The notes beneath the pieces were generated by a model. The model searched no databases, was not told the origin of the DNA, and saw nothing but the letters and a program-made list of their open reading frames with translations. The position numbers and the translations under genes were made by a program. A DNA stretch of 64,000 bases from positions 8,455 to 72,454 of the forward strand of contig JANYFB010000273.1 in the NCBI GenBank assembly GCA_025362955.1. The letters run 5' to 3'. Of this stretch, positions 49,817 to 59,866 are shown piece after piece (the first letter of the stretch is position 1; each line of letters starts with the position of its first letter). This DNA comes from Akkermansiaceae bacterium. GTDB taxonomy: Bacteria > Verrucomicrobiota > Verrucomicrobiia > Verrucomicrobiales > Akkermansiaceae.

Positions 49817-50076
49817 AATGGGCGGAGGGTTTCAGGAAACGGTTTTGAAATTTATCATAATCTCGACCGCTTTTGTGTTAGGCAGGACACTTTCGCCCCC
49901 TGCTTGCTGACACCATGGCCGACAACCGTTGTGGGTTTGCCGTTGAGGGTGGTCGATGTCAACGTTCGATCTTGAATCGTGGCGAGTTCCATAGGGGAGG
50001 AAAATGGCTCTTTACTGATTTCCCATCCCGGTGAATTTCAGGTTTCCCCTTGCGGGTTTTCCGGCATGATCGCGCT

Positions 50077-51213
50077 GTGGATTGGATCACGCAGGCAGCG
50101 CTGGGCGCATTGATCGGAGAGTTACTGTTAGGGAGACCCTTGGGCAACCGGGCGCTCGCGTGGGGTGCGCTTTTCGGGATCTTGCCTGAGCTGGACATCG
50201 TGATTTTCCCGCTGCTAGATACGGCGCGGAAACTGGCATGGCAGCGTGGGCCTAGCCACTCGCTGGTGATGATGGCGCTCGGGTCGTGGGGCATTGCTTT
50301 CGGTTTGAATAAGATTTGGAAGAAGGAAAAAATCAGCAAGGCGCTGGCGTTCGGGCTGGTATTCACGGCTTGGGCGGCGCACGGGCTGGCCGATTGCCTA
50401 ACAGTGAAGGGAGCATCGGTCCTATGGCCCCTATCTGAAAATCGGGTGGCTTTCAACTGCCTCTATCCCGTTGATCCCCTGTTTACCGCTCCACTGGTGG
50501 CGGCGGTGTTGTGGCTCGCATTTCTGCGGGAACCCGTGCCGAAAAAGACCCGCTCGAAGAAACCACCACCGCCCTCGAAACGCAGGAAACTTTGTAAATG
50601 GGGCCTGGGACTCAGCGCTGGATATGCCTTGCTGGCGGTGGGGATGAAATTCTTGGCATCGGCCGGATTTGAGGCGGATCTCGCCCGGCGCGGGACGAAA
50701 TACGAACGCCGGATGGAGGGGCCGACACCCTATAATTGCCTGCTATGGCGCTCGGTGGTGGATCGAGGAGACGAGCTGTGGGTGGGATACCGGACGGTCT
50801 TTGAATTTCAAAAAACGCCGGTGCGCTGGACAGTCTATCTGAAAGACGCGGAGGCGCTTGGCAAGGTTCAAGAGCTGCGCGAAACGACATCGCTGCTTTC
50901 TAACACGGAGGGCTGGTGGATCGCCCGGCCGAATGCAAAAGGCGCGTGGCTTGGTGATCTCCGGTCGTGCGAGGCCCGGATCTGGGGCGGCAAGGAAGGG
51001 ATGGTTGATAGCCGTCTGGCGATTTCCTGGGATATCAATCTAACGGTCAAAGGCGATCCATTGCAGGAAATTTTCCCGGATCATGAAGCACCACTTGATT
51101 ACCTCCAACGAATGTCAGCCCGAATTTTTGGCAGCCGTGCATCTTGGGAAGCAAATCCACGGCTTGCGGGTGTGGCCGGGAGTTTGCCAGAGTTTTTACC
51201 GGTGGAAGATTAA
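50077..51213 (+). CDS. YdjM/DUF457-like membrane-bound metal-dependent hydrolase with extra C-terminal domain
   Basis: In-frame GTG at 50077 gives (M)DWITQAALGALIGELLLG, the typical family N-terminus. His-containing TM segments (PSHSLVM, AAHGLADC) are present. The C-terminal ~200 aa are unassigned. Confidence 0.5.
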   Translation: MDWITQAALGALIGELLLGRPLGNRALAWGALFGILPELDIVIFPLLDTARKLAWQRGPSHSLVMMALGSWGIAFGLNKIWKKEKISKALAFGLVFTAWAAHGLADCLTVKGASVLWPLSENRVAFNCLYPVDPLFTAPLVAAVLWLAFLREPVPKKTRSKKPPPPSKRRKLCKWGLGLSAGYALLAVGMKFLASAGFEADLARRGTKYERRMEGPTPYNCLLWRSVVDRGDELWVGYRTVFEFQKTPVRWTVYLKDAEALGKVQELRETTSLLSNTEGWWIARPNAKGAWLGDLRSCEARIWGGKEGMVDSRLAISWDINLTVKGDPLQEIFPDHEAPLDYLQRMSARIFGSRASWEANPRLAGVAGSLPEFLPVED

Positions 51214-51257
51214 ACGGAAATTTCGCGCTGCCGTGCTGCATTTCGTTAGAGTCAGTT

Positions 51258-53504
51258 TTATTTGCGGTTTGCCGGCACAATTTGCGCAGGAGGCGTGACC
51301 ATCCGCGCGTGAGAGCCGGCAAGTTTCTTCACCAGCCCGACAAATTCGGCCCGGTCCTCGGTGGCGTCGTCGGCGAGGCCGGGCTTGGCGAGGTCGATCA
51401 CTTTTTCCCAAGCGATTTCCCTCACCTCCTCCATGCCCCGGAGCTTCATGCCGAAAAGCGCCGCGGCAGTGGCGGACTGGAAATCGGCATCCGTCTTGTC
51501 GAGAGCGAGGGGGTCGCCTGTTAGAGGGAATTCGATCTTGCTGCTTTCATCGCCATCCGGGTGCTTGTAGCGGAGTTTCACGGTGAGCCATTCGTTGGTG
51601 GTGACGGGCTTCACGGCCTCAGTTTGATATTTCAAAACGTCTGTCCCGGCAGCCGCGCCTGGAGGTGTTAGCTCATAGAATGCGGTGACGGTGTGGCCCG
51701 CGCCGATGTCGCCGGCATCCACCTTGTCGTTGTTGAAATCTTCGTTACGCAGCACGCGGTTCGAGTAGCCGATTAAGCGGTAACCGCCGACTTTCGCCGG
51801 GTTGAACTCGACCTGAATTTTCACGTCCTTCGCGATGGTAACGAGGGTGCCGGTTAAATTTTGCAGGAACACTTTCCGACCCTCGCGATCGGAGTCGATG
51901 TAGAAATAGTTGCCATTTCCGTCACGGGTGATGGCGTCCATCATCGCGTCGTTGAGGTTGCCGCTGCCGAAACCTAACACGGTGAGGAACACCCCGCTTT
52001 GAGCGCGGTCTTTCACGAGTTTCACCAATGACTCCTGTCCGGTGACGCCCACGTTAAAATCGCCGTCGGTGGCGAGGAGGACGCGGTTCACGCCGCCTTC
52101 GATTTTTTCCTTCATCGCGATTTCGTAAGCGCGCTTGATTCCCGCGCCGCCATTGGTAGAGCCGCCAGCTTCGAGTTTTGCGAGGGACTTGAGCACGGTG
52201 GCACGGCCCTCCGCATCAAGGCGCGTGGACGGCAGCGCGACGCCTTCCGTCCCGGCGTAAACGACGATGGCCACCCGGTCACGCTCGTCGAGTTGCTCCA
52301 CCAACGTCGCCATCGACTGCTTGAGCAACGGCAATTTATCCGGACTTTGCATCGAGCCGGAAACGTCGATCAGGAACACCAGATTCGAGGCAGGGCGCTG
52401 GTTTTTTTCGATTTCACGCCCCTTGATGGAGACGCGGACGAGCTGATGCGCGGGTGCCCAAGGACAAGCGGCCAAGGTGGCGCTAACAGCGAACGGCGCG
52501 TCGCCTTTCGGTTGCTCGTAATGATAGCTGAATGCATTGATGCATTCTTCGATCCGCACGGCATCTTTGGGAATTTCGCGGCCCTCACGGATCATCCGGC
52601 GGACGTTACTGTAGGAGGCGGTATCGACATCGATAGAGAAGGTGGAAAGCGGATCGTGGTCCGGGGATTTCCACGGTTGCTCGATGAAAGTGCCGTAGTG
52701 GTCGCCGGTGGTTTGTTCAGAAGCCGATTCTTCTCGAGGAGCAAAGCCCCCGTGCCGAGCATCGACTCCTGCCATCGGAGCAGGCTGGGGCACGATTCGC
52801 GGCCTTGGTTGCCGCGCAAGCTGACCGTTCTCCGCGATCGCTCTAAACTCGCTCGAAGGTGCGGATCCCAATCCCGCCCCTGAGCCCGAACCGGAGCCCT
52901 GCCCCTCCTGCTTGCCCTTCATCGCTAGCAATTGTTGCTGATCGGCTTCGAATTCGCGATTCACGTCAACATAATTCTGGGCATCAAGGCCGCGTTTGAT
53001 GCCCTCCTCACGCATGTCGTTCTTGACCACCTTCCCTCCGGCACTCCTGGAACCTTGATCTTGGTCAACACCCGACTGGCCATAAAACGAGTCTTGGCCT
53101 TTATAGATGATACCCTTGGTTCTAACGATAGTAGCCAGCGCTTTCCGGCGTTCCTCGACTTTATCCTCCTGATCGCGAATGGTCTTGTTGATTACCTGTA
53201 AGGCCACCGCAGCTTTCGCCTTGTCAGTCGCGGCGCCTCCCGAGTGATTTCCACCACTCGTGGCGACGGCCGGTTGCGGATGCTGGTTTTGCAAGTAGGA
53301 CCACATGGAAAGCCCAACAGCCAAGCCGACACTTGCCGCGATGGCGAGGCGGCCGTAGCGGCGTGGAGTTGGAAGTTGCGCCGTGCGGATCGGCCCGGTA
53401 TCGAGCGCCGCTTCAATGTGTTTGAGAAACGCCTCGTCCGGGGCGTGAGACTGCTCGTGGAGAAGTTCATCGAGCAAGCGGTCTTCTGGAGAATTTGGAT
53501 TCAT
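51258..53504 (-). CDS. anti-sigma-like membrane protein with YfbK-type vWA ectodomain
   Basis: Short cytoplasmic N-terminus plus one TM helix, located directly downstream of the ECF sigma gene. The ectodomain has FSIDVDTASYSNVRRMI, NLVFLIDVSGSMQSPDKLPLLK (MIDAS) and LATDGDFNVG, followed by a DUF3520-like tail. Confidence 0.7.
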   Translation of the reverse strand: MNPNSPEDRLLDELLHEQSHAPDEAFLKHIEAALDTGPIRTAQLPTPRRYGRLAIAASVGLAVGLSMWSYLQNQHPQPAVATSGGNHSGGAATDKAKAAVALQVINKTIRDQEDKVEERRKALATIVRTKGIIYKGQDSFYGQSGVDQDQGSRSAGGKVVKNDMREEGIKRGLDAQNYVDVNREFEADQQQLLAMKGKQEGQGSGSGSGAGLGSAPSSEFRAIAENGQLARQPRPRIVPQPAPMAGVDARHGGFAPREESASEQTTGDHYGTFIEQPWKSPDHDPLSTFSIDVDTASYSNVRRMIREGREIPKDAVRIEECINAFSYHYEQPKGDAPFAVSATLAACPWAPAHQLVRVSIKGREIEKNQRPASNLVFLIDVSGSMQSPDKLPLLKQSMATLVEQLDERDRVAIVVYAGTEGVALPSTRLDAEGRATVLKSLAKLEAGGSTNGGAGIKRAYEIAMKEKIEGGVNRVLLATDGDFNVGVTGQESLVKLVKDRAQSGVFLTVLGFGSGNLNDAMMDAITRDGNGNYFYIDSDREGRKVFLQNLTGTLVTIAKDVKIQVEFNPAKVGGYRLIGYSNRVLRNEDFNNDKVDAGDIGAGHTVTAFYELTPPGAAAGTDVLKYQTEAVKPVTTNEWLTVKLRYKHPDGDESSKIEFPLTGDPLALDKTDADFQSATAAALFGMKLRGMEEVREIAWEKVIDLAKPGLADDATEDRAEFVGLVKKLAGSHARMVTPPAQIVPANRK

Positions 53505-53524
53505 GATAGTTAGAGTGTTAGGTT

Positions 53525-54073
53525 TTAGTTAGCGGATTCAAGGCAGTGCCGGAGCGCCGTGCGGGCGCGTTCGAGGCGTTTGCGAAAGGTCGGTGTCGGA
53601 ATCCCGAGCGCTATCGACGCGCTCTCGCCGTCTCGGTCCTCGTCGTAATAGGCATGGACTGCCAGCGAGAGGGATTTTGGCAGTTTCGAGCGGCAGTCGG
53701 CCAGCCGGTCGAGCAGACCCTCCTGTCCGTCGTGGGCGCTCCAAGTGCGGATGGCCTCCTCCAGTCCCGCCATTTCAGCATCGCCCAGCAAGTCTTCGCG
53801 CCGGTGTTTACGGCAGTCTTCGCGCCATTTGTTGCGAACGATTCCCCGCAGCCAGGAGCCGAAATCGCGAGTGATATCGAAGCGTCCGACGGCTTGCCAT
53901 GCGGCGACAAACGTATCTTGAACGAGTTCGCGGGCGCGCTCGGGATGCCCCGCCAGCACTCGGGCGTAGGCGAGCAATGGCTGGTGATGATCGCGGATCA
54001 GTTCGGAAAATTGAGTGCGGTCCATGTCAGATGGGGAATAGGCAACGGCGAGCGGTTTCATGGTTTTCACCAC
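53525..54073 (-). CDS. ECF-type RNA polymerase sigma-70 factor
   Basis: 182 aa with region 2 (LLAYARVLAGHPERARELVQDTFVAAW) and a region 4 HTH (SASIALGIPTPTFRKRLERARTALRHCL). Confidence 0.85.
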   Translation of the reverse strand: MVKTMKPLAVAYSPSDMDRTQFSELIRDHHQPLLAYARVLAGHPERARELVQDTFVAAWQAVGRFDITRDFGSWLRGIVRNKWREDCRKHRREDLLGDAEMAGLEEAIRTWSAHDGQEGLLDRLADCRSKLPKSLSLAVHAYYDEDRDGESASIALGIPTPTFRKRLERARTALRHCLESAN

Positions 54074-54186
54074 TTATTGATCTGAGCCTGCCTTTTTGTG
54101 ACATCGGCATGAAATTATTTTCCTGAAAATCCCTCGGCGAAATTCTTCGCTTTCGTCGGCCAGTGAATACGCTATGGATTTCTTCA

Positions 54187-56112
54187 GTGAAATTCATTTC
54201 CGTTCTGCTCGCGATCTCTCTGACCGCGCACGCCGCGCCGAGCGATCCTGGCAAGGTGGCCATCGACTTCCTCGAAAAGGTGCGCCTGCGGAAACTCGAC
54301 CTCGAACCCGGCGGAGACACCGCACTTTCTGCGCAAACCGCCGATGAAAAAAAACTCCAAATCGCCCGCCGTCTCGAACGCATGGCCCGCGATCTCGGGA
54401 GCGATCCGTTAGAAGTTGGCGAGGTGAGGCTGGATGAGAATTTCGCCGCCGTCCTCGTGCGGAAAATCGGCGGCTTCGATCCCGGTCGTCTGCAGGTATT
54501 TCCCGTGGCCTTGGTGAAGCGGGGGGCGGAATGGATGGTCGCCCCCGTACCCGCATCCTTTGAAAATGCGGGAACCGGTTATGCCATCGAACTGCGAAAG
54601 CGACTCGAACTCCTTGAAAACTGGATGCTGCGCGAGCAAATCGTCGATTTGGAAAAACTTCGTGATGATGCGGCTGCTAACATGCGGCGGAAAATCGAAG
54701 CGCACCTCTCCATCAAAGAACTTCGGAGCTTCAGCCCGGAGCAGGCTACCACACGTTTTCTCTCCGCCTGTGAGCAGAGGGATTTACCATCGCTGTTAGG
54801 CCTGCTGGGTGGTCTGGCAGCGAAGTTGCCCGACGACTGGGCGGCGAGACTGAAGGCTGCCGACCACGCCATTTCCACTGCGTCCGCAGTTCGTCCCTGG
54901 CGCCTCCTCACCGCGCCAGAAGTTATCCGGGTGCTCGTACATGATGAGATTACCAACGACAACCATGTCGTCACCATCGACTGCCTCGATCCCGCCAGAA
55001 ACGGATCAAGTCCACCTCGGATCGAGTTTGTACAATTCGAGTTAGTGAAAGGACCGGATGATCTCTGGCTCATCAACCCTCCGCAGTCGTTTCTCGAGGA
55101 ATCAGAAGATCCGGCTGAAGAGCCAGACGAAGACGCAGATGCGGATCTGCTCGATGCATTTCCGAAAAAATGGTCCGAACTCCATCCTCCAGCTTCTTTT
55201 CCTACGGCGGAGCTCATCTATCAGGCATTGATCCACACATTACAGAACGGAAATTTACCTGACATTCTCAAATTGGCAAAATTGGAAAAAAACTCGCAAG
55301 CTGCCCGTAAATCCTGCGTTCAGGCTGCCCAAACCTGGTGGGCCATCCATGATCCTTCGGTCGTCCGCCAGGCAATGCCACTGGCCTTCAAAGCGGACGA
55401 AACTTCCGCCGCCGCACTCTTCCAATTTTTTTCCGCACGCGATCCTGACCAACTGGATGCAAAGGTCATGTATTTTGAACATTCCCCGTCAGGTTGGCTG
55501 TGGACCCCAGCTCCTGCCCGCGGCATCTCCGAGACATTCCAAGCCTGGATCGATGCAGAAACCCTCCATGGCGCGGAACAATGGCAGCAATCACTCCTTA
55601 AAAACTGTATTCAGTTAGATAAACTGGATAACATGGAAGCGCCTGCGGAAGAGGACGCGCGGAAATGCGTCGAGGCATGGCTCGATGCCATCCGTCGCGG
55701 AGATCTCCTATCCGCGCTAAGTCGCACCGCCCGCCTGGGAGATGCCCAAAGTGGCTCGATCGTTCTTCAAAATATAGGTTACGAAATCAACAGCTCCCGG
55801 CGCAGCAATTTACCATCCACCATCACTACAATCTATCAGGGGAAAATCTGGTCCGCTGTGGGAGCGGAAACCGATTCAGAAGGCAAATCTAACTACCCTC
55901 TCTACCCCCTCATCCAAACCCCTGGAGGTGCTCGGATCCTGATTGAGATTGACCTCTTCGCCTCCGGTAACAGGGGTCGGGATTTCCTCAATCGCACCGC
56001 GCTGGATCGCCTCCGCAATTCCAGCTCCCCAGCGGTCGCTGACGAATTACGGAGCCTTTATGCGAGCTATCAGACCCACATTGAAAGTAGGGGCGTGAAG
56101 CCATCTCACTGA
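54187..56112 (+). CDS. secreted protein built from about four ~150-aa repeated modules, function unknown
   Basis: In-frame GTG at 54187 gives a clean signal peptide (M)KFISVLLAISLTAHA. Four modules each open with a helix of the type xxFLxAxxxxDLxxLL: VAIDFLEKVRLRKLDL, TTRFLSACEQRDLPSLLGLL, LIYQALIHTLQNGNLPDILKL, CVEAWLDAIRRGDLLSALS. Each ends in beta-like segments. Confidence 0.6.
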   Translation: MKFISVLLAISLTAHAAPSDPGKVAIDFLEKVRLRKLDLEPGGDTALSAQTADEKKLQIARRLERMARDLGSDPLEVGEVRLDENFAAVLVRKIGGFDPGRLQVFPVALVKRGAEWMVAPVPASFENAGTGYAIELRKRLELLENWMLREQIVDLEKLRDDAAANMRRKIEAHLSIKELRSFSPEQATTRFLSACEQRDLPSLLGLLGGLAAKLPDDWAARLKAADHAISTASAVRPWRLLTAPEVIRVLVHDEITNDNHVVTIDCLDPARNGSSPPRIEFVQFELVKGPDDLWLINPPQSFLEESEDPAEEPDEDADADLLDAFPKKWSELHPPASFPTAELIYQALIHTLQNGNLPDILKLAKLEKNSQAARKSCVQAAQTWWAIHDPSVVRQAMPLAFKADETSAAALFQFFSARDPDQLDAKVMYFEHSPSGWLWTPAPARGISETFQAWIDAETLHGAEQWQQSLLKNCIQLDKLDNMEAPAEEDARKCVEAWLDAIRRGDLLSALSRTARLGDAQSGSIVLQNIGYEINSSRRSNLPSTITTIYQGKIWSAVGAETDSEGKSNYPLYPLIQTPGGARILIEIDLFASGNRGRDFLNRTALDRLRNSSSPAVADELRSLYASYQTHIESRGVKPSH

Positions 56113-56242
56113 AATATCAAGCACCACATTCGGCAAAAATTTAGTTAAAAGCCATTCTGGACGCCCGCCCACCTCCGTTTTTCAAAATTTATTTGATTTT
56201 TACAGGTTTTCATGTTTTCTTGAATGTCTCAACAATAGATTC

Positions 56243-56698
56243 ATGCTGCTTCTAAATCATCGGCGATCTTCGCCGCCTTCCCATCTTCTTCGTCGCTCTA
56301 GGCGAAACGGAGTTCCTGGAATGACGATACTTGAGTTGACGATAGTAATTCTAGTTTTGATGGGATTGGTAGGCATTTTGTTTATTGGAGTCCGCGGATG
56401 GAAGCGGGGATCCGACAGCGCCTTATGTATCATCAACATCCAGAGTGTTCAGAAAGGCGTGCGCAGTTATGCGAATCTCTATGGCTTCGCTCCCGGCGAT
56501 AGTGCTCCAAACCTGCAAAATCAAGTCATCGGTCCTGGAAAATTCGTGGAAACTACGCCCACTTGCTTTGCTAACGGAATCTACAGTTTTGGCCGGACTT
56601 ACGGAAATAATAAAATCCCGCCACTAGGAGAATTGTATATGCAATGCTCCCTCGCAGGAAACGACGAACACGAGCCACCGAATCACGCGGACTGGTAA
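56243..56698 (+). CDS. prepilin-type N-terminal cleavage/methylation domain protein (pseudopilin)
   Basis: Basic leader, then G/MTILELTIVILVLMGLVGILF, the class III signal and hydrophobic helix with Glu at +5. Confidence 0.7.
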   Translation: MLLLNHRRSSPPSHLLRRSRRNGVPGMTILELTIVILVLMGLVGILFIGVRGWKRGSDSALCIINIQSVQKGVRSYANLYGFAPGDSAPNLQNQVIGPGKFVETTPTCFANGIYSFGRTYGNNKIPPLGELYMQCSLAGNDEHEPPNHADW

Positions 56699-56824
56699 AA
56701 TCCCGCGATGACGTAGGTTGTTTATGGCCGGTTTTCGTGCTTGGATAACCGCATCACTTTCTTAGCCCCCTGCCGAAGTTCTGAGACTCGGAGTGCGGGG
56801 CTCCCCCCAGCATAGTGTGTGTAG

Positions 56825-56859
56825 CTGCCCCGGTTGCCCCCCAAAAGTGGCCGGGGCAG
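56825..56859. terminator. GC-rich hairpin between convergent genes (possible bidirectional terminator)
   Basis: CTGCCCCGG (56825..56833) pairs with CCGGGGCAG (56851..56859) across a 17-nt loop. There is no clear U-tract on either strand. Confidence 0.3.
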
Positions 56860-56875
56860 TGGGAAGGGAAAATTC

Positions 56876-57445
56876 CTAACGCTGCCAGATTTTGGCAATC
56901 TCGCTGGCACTGAGTTTCTCCCATCTTCCTGAGGTGAAATCAGCTCCCTCGAGCTTGCCGATCTTCACCCGGATCAATCGCAGCGTGGGAAATCCCAGAG
57001 CGGCCGTCATCCGCCGAACTTGGCGGTTTTTCCCTTCAATCAATTGCAACTCCAGCCACGCCGTCGGAATTGCTTGCCGGAAACGTATTGGCGGCTCACG
57101 CGGCGCGACATCCGGCTCCGAATCTAGCAGGCGGGCCTGACAAGGACGGGTCCGGTAGTCTTGGATCAAGATACCCCCACGCTGTAGATTCGCCACGGCA
57201 TCCTGCGAGGGAACGCCCTCGACCTGGGCAAGATAAGTTCTCGGATGCGCCGTCGCAGGATCTAACAATTTATGATTTAATCCCGGTTCGTCACTTAGTA
57301 ATAGCAAACCCTCGGAATCCATATCTAACCGTCCCAGCGGATAGACCTCTGCGGGAAATCCGAAATCCGCAAGTGTCTTCTGCCCCGGTTGGTCGGGAGT
57401 GAACTGGCACAGGACGCCATAAGGCTTGTGGAATGCGATCACCAT
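56876..57445 (-). CDS. RsuA/RluE-family rRNA pseudouridine synthase (no S4 domain, RluE-like)
   Basis: FHKPYGVLCQF, catalytic GRLDMDSEGLLLLSD, and EGKNRQVRRM. Confidence 0.85.
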   Translation of the reverse strand: MVIAFHKPYGVLCQFTPDQPGQKTLADFGFPAEVYPLGRLDMDSEGLLLLSDEPGLNHKLLDPATAHPRTYLAQVEGVPSQDAVANLQRGGILIQDYRTRPCQARLLDSEPDVAPREPPIRFRQAIPTAWLELQLIEGKNRQVRRMTAALGFPTLRLIRVKIGKLEGADFTSGRWEKLSASEIAKIWQR

Positions 57446-57496
57446 GGCGGTTCGATACTATGCGACCGCAGCGTGGGCAAGCTCCACACCAACCGA

Positions 57497-57931
57497 ATGA
57501 GCCGTGACGAATATCGAATGCGCGTTGACACATTTTGGCGCGATCATCAGAACTTCCTTCGAATGACTACTACAAGCTTCATGGGCGTCGGGTTTTTGCT
57601 GTCCTCAGTGCCTTTGTTGATCGGCCAATGGGTAGGGATCATCGGGTTGGGTAAAGCGAACCGGAATGCGGCTTGGTGGTGCATGATGATCGGCATCTTG
57701 GGGACCACACTTGGAATCATTTCCTTCAGTGTTTTCCTCTGGCTTCCACAAACCGGCTTTCGCGCATTAAGTTTTGGATCGTCAATCTTAAGCCGACTTG
57801 GCTCACTGCTATTTGCCATCGGCTTCACCATTCACGGTCTTCAAGCATCCAAAATTCATCAGCGCATCACTGAACTGGAAACCATCGCCGCTGCCCAAGG
57901 CGAGGAACTCAATCGTCTCCGTGCGTCCTAG
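57497..57931 (+). CDS. small membrane protein with C-terminal coiled coil, unknown function
   Basis: Start at MSRDEY (57497). Four hydrophobic segments, then ITELETIAAAQGEELNRLRAS. Confidence 0.45.
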   Translation: MSRDEYRMRVDTFWRDHQNFLRMTTTSFMGVGFLLSSVPLLIGQWVGIIGLGKANRNAAWWCMMIGILGTTLGIISFSVFLWLPQTGFRALSFGSSILSRLGSLLFAIGFTIHGLQASKIHQRITELETIAAAQGEELNRLRAS

Positions 57932-58206
57932 ACCTCGGCCATTTTGAAGGCCTTCCGCTCCCATTTGCAGCGGAACGGTAAGGCCGCATCATTTGGCTTC
58001 CAGCCATTCGCATTTCCAAAATCAATTGCCGCTGTGACCATGTCGTAGCTAACGATTTTCGGCAGCTCGGCAATCAGATTCTGCCCGTTCACCGGCGCAC
58101 TGGCCTCGATGACCAACTCGTTGATGCCGCGCCGATTTTGCATGATCCAGCGGTATTGCACGTCGCGATGATTGATGACTTTGTAACCTTTTTGGGGAGG
58201 GGGCAT
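57928..58206 (-). CDS. hypothetical protein (92 aa)
   Basis: ORF only, with no recognised motif. Its 3' end overlaps the convergent gene by 4 bp. Confidence 0.35.
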   Translation of the reverse strand: MPPPQKGYKVINHRDVQYRWIMQNRRGINELVIEASAPVNGQNLIAELPKIVSYDMVTAAIDFGNANGWKPNDAALPFRCKWERKAFKMAEV

Positions 58207-58309
58207 GGGATGGAGTGGCAGAGTGAGTGAAATGCAGCCCGATGAGAATGCTTATGTCGAAATTTCTCCAACCTTGCATCCCGGCCCGTGATCTGCTCCC
58301 TTTCACCGA

Positions 58310-58633
58310 ATGGGCAAACTCACCACTCACGTTCTCGACACGGCTTCGGGCAACCCTGCCCACGGCGTCCGCATCCGTCTCTATCACGCCGGCCAGCAGC
58401 TTGCCGACATCCTCACTAATGCAGATGGCCGCTGCGATTCCCCGCTGCTTAGCGACGCGCTTCCCGGCACATACCAGTTGCTCTTCTCCATCGGCGACTA
58501 CTTTTTAGCTCAGGGAATTTCTTCCCCTTTCTTAAATGAAATTCCCGTCCATTTTACCATCGAGGCCGGGCGGAATTACCATGTGCCCCTTGCCTGTTCG
58601 CCTTACTCCTACTCGACCTATCGCGGCAGCTAA
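58310..58633 (+). CDS. uraH: 5-hydroxyisourate hydrolase (transthyretin-like)
   Basis: LTTHVLDTASGNPA..., YHVPLACSPYSYSTYRGS, and the diagnostic C-terminal YRGS tetrapeptide. Confidence 0.9.
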   Translation: MGKLTTHVLDTASGNPAHGVRIRLYHAGQQLADILTNADGRCDSPLLSDALPGTYQLLFSIGDYFLAQGISSPFLNEIPVHFTIEAGRNYHVPLACSPYSYSTYRGS

Positions 58634-58645
58634 GCCATCTAACTG

Positions 58646-59866
58646 ATGTCCTCACCTCTCGAAACCGCACTCGCTCGCCTTGATGAACTCGGCGGTATTT
58701 CCGACTCGCCGTCCTACCTCGTCCGTACTTTCCTCTCCCCTGCTAACCTTCTAGCCGCCGAAAAAATCCTCCAATGGATGGCTGATCTAGGCATGGAAAC
58801 CTCCCACGCCGCGGATGGGACCGTCCGCGGAATCCTCGTGGGCAGCAATCCCACCGCTCCGCCTCTGTTGTTAGGTTCGCATTTTGATACCGTGATCGAC
58901 GCCGGGAAATTTGACGGCGCACTGGGCATCATTGCCGCCCTCGCCGCGCTCGAATCTCTCCACGAGGAAAAAATTACCCTTCCATTCCCTGTCCACGTTC
59001 TCGCGTTTTCGGACGAAGAAGGCACTCGCTTCCAAACCACTTATCTCGGCAGCCGCAGCATCACCGCCCCGCTCGATCTGGAAACGCTCAATGCCCCGGA
59101 CGCCGCAGGCATCACTATCGCCCAAGCCATCGCATGCGAAGGCTGGCATTCAGTCGCTACCGCCATCCGCTACGACCCCGGCGAATGCCGTGGCTATGTC
59201 GAGCTTCACATCGAACAAGGCCGCGTGCTTGAGGAGGCTGACCAACCCGCCTGCGTCGTTTCCTCCATCGCCGGACAATCTCGCCTAACAGTCACTCTCA
59301 CAGGTCGGGCAGATCATGCGGGGACCACTCCCATGCCACTCCGCCGCGACGCTCTAACTGGCGCTGCCCAGTGCATCCTCGCTGCGGAAATATTAGCGGA
59401 ATCTCACCCTCCACTCGTCATCACCGTCGGGAAAATCCAGATCCATCCAGGAGCGTCCAACTCCATCCCACAGAGCGCCACTTTCACCATCGACCTCCGC
59501 CATCCCGTCGATTCCGACCGCCGCGAATTTTTGGGACACCTGCATGAAACTTTCATCCATATCGCCACGCAGCGCTCTCTTGAACTCCAGTGGATCCCGA
59601 TCCAAGACAACAACGCCACCCCCTGCGATCCGGCCTTAACCGCCCGCTTGCAGACATCCCTCGCCGCGGTCACCGGCTCCCGACTTACCTTGGCCAGCGG
59701 GGCTGGTCACGATGGTGTGGTGATTTCAAAAGTTTGCCCCATCGCCATGCTGTTCATCCGTTGCCGCGACGGACTCAGCCATCATCCAGACGAATTTGCC
59801 AGCCCCGAGGACATTGGCACTGGCATTGAAATCCTCACCCATTTCCTCAAATCCTGCCCGTCATGA
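58646..59866 (+). CDS. allC: allantoate amidohydrolase / N-carbamoyl-amino-acid hydrolase (M20 family)
   Basis: GSHFDTV, DGALGI, FSDEEGTRF and GRADHAGTTPM. The purine-catabolic context supports the call. Confidence 0.8.
   Translation: MSSPLETALARLDELGGISDSPSYLVRTFLSPANLLAAEKILQWMADLGMETSHAADGTVRGILVGSNPTAPPLLLGSHFDTVIDAGKFDGALGIIAALAALESLHEEKITLPFPVHVLAFSDEEGTRFQTTYLGSRSITAPLDLETLNAPDAAGITIAQAIACEGWHSVATAIRYDPGECRGYVELHIEQGRVLEEADQPACVVSSIAGQSRLTVTLTGRADHAGTTPMPLRRDALTGAAQCILAAEILAESHPPLVITVGKIQIHPGASNSIPQSATFTIDLRHPVDSDRREFLGHLHETFIHIATQRSLELQWIPIQDNNATPCDPALTARLQTSLAAVTGSRLTLASGAGHDGVVISKVCPIAMLFIRCRDGLSHHPDEFASPEDIGTGIEILTHFLKSCPS

Noticed and set aside
48914-49975. 353-aa + strand ORF.
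   Set aside because: It is antisense to the GH35 beta-galactosidase gene, which carries clear family motifs.
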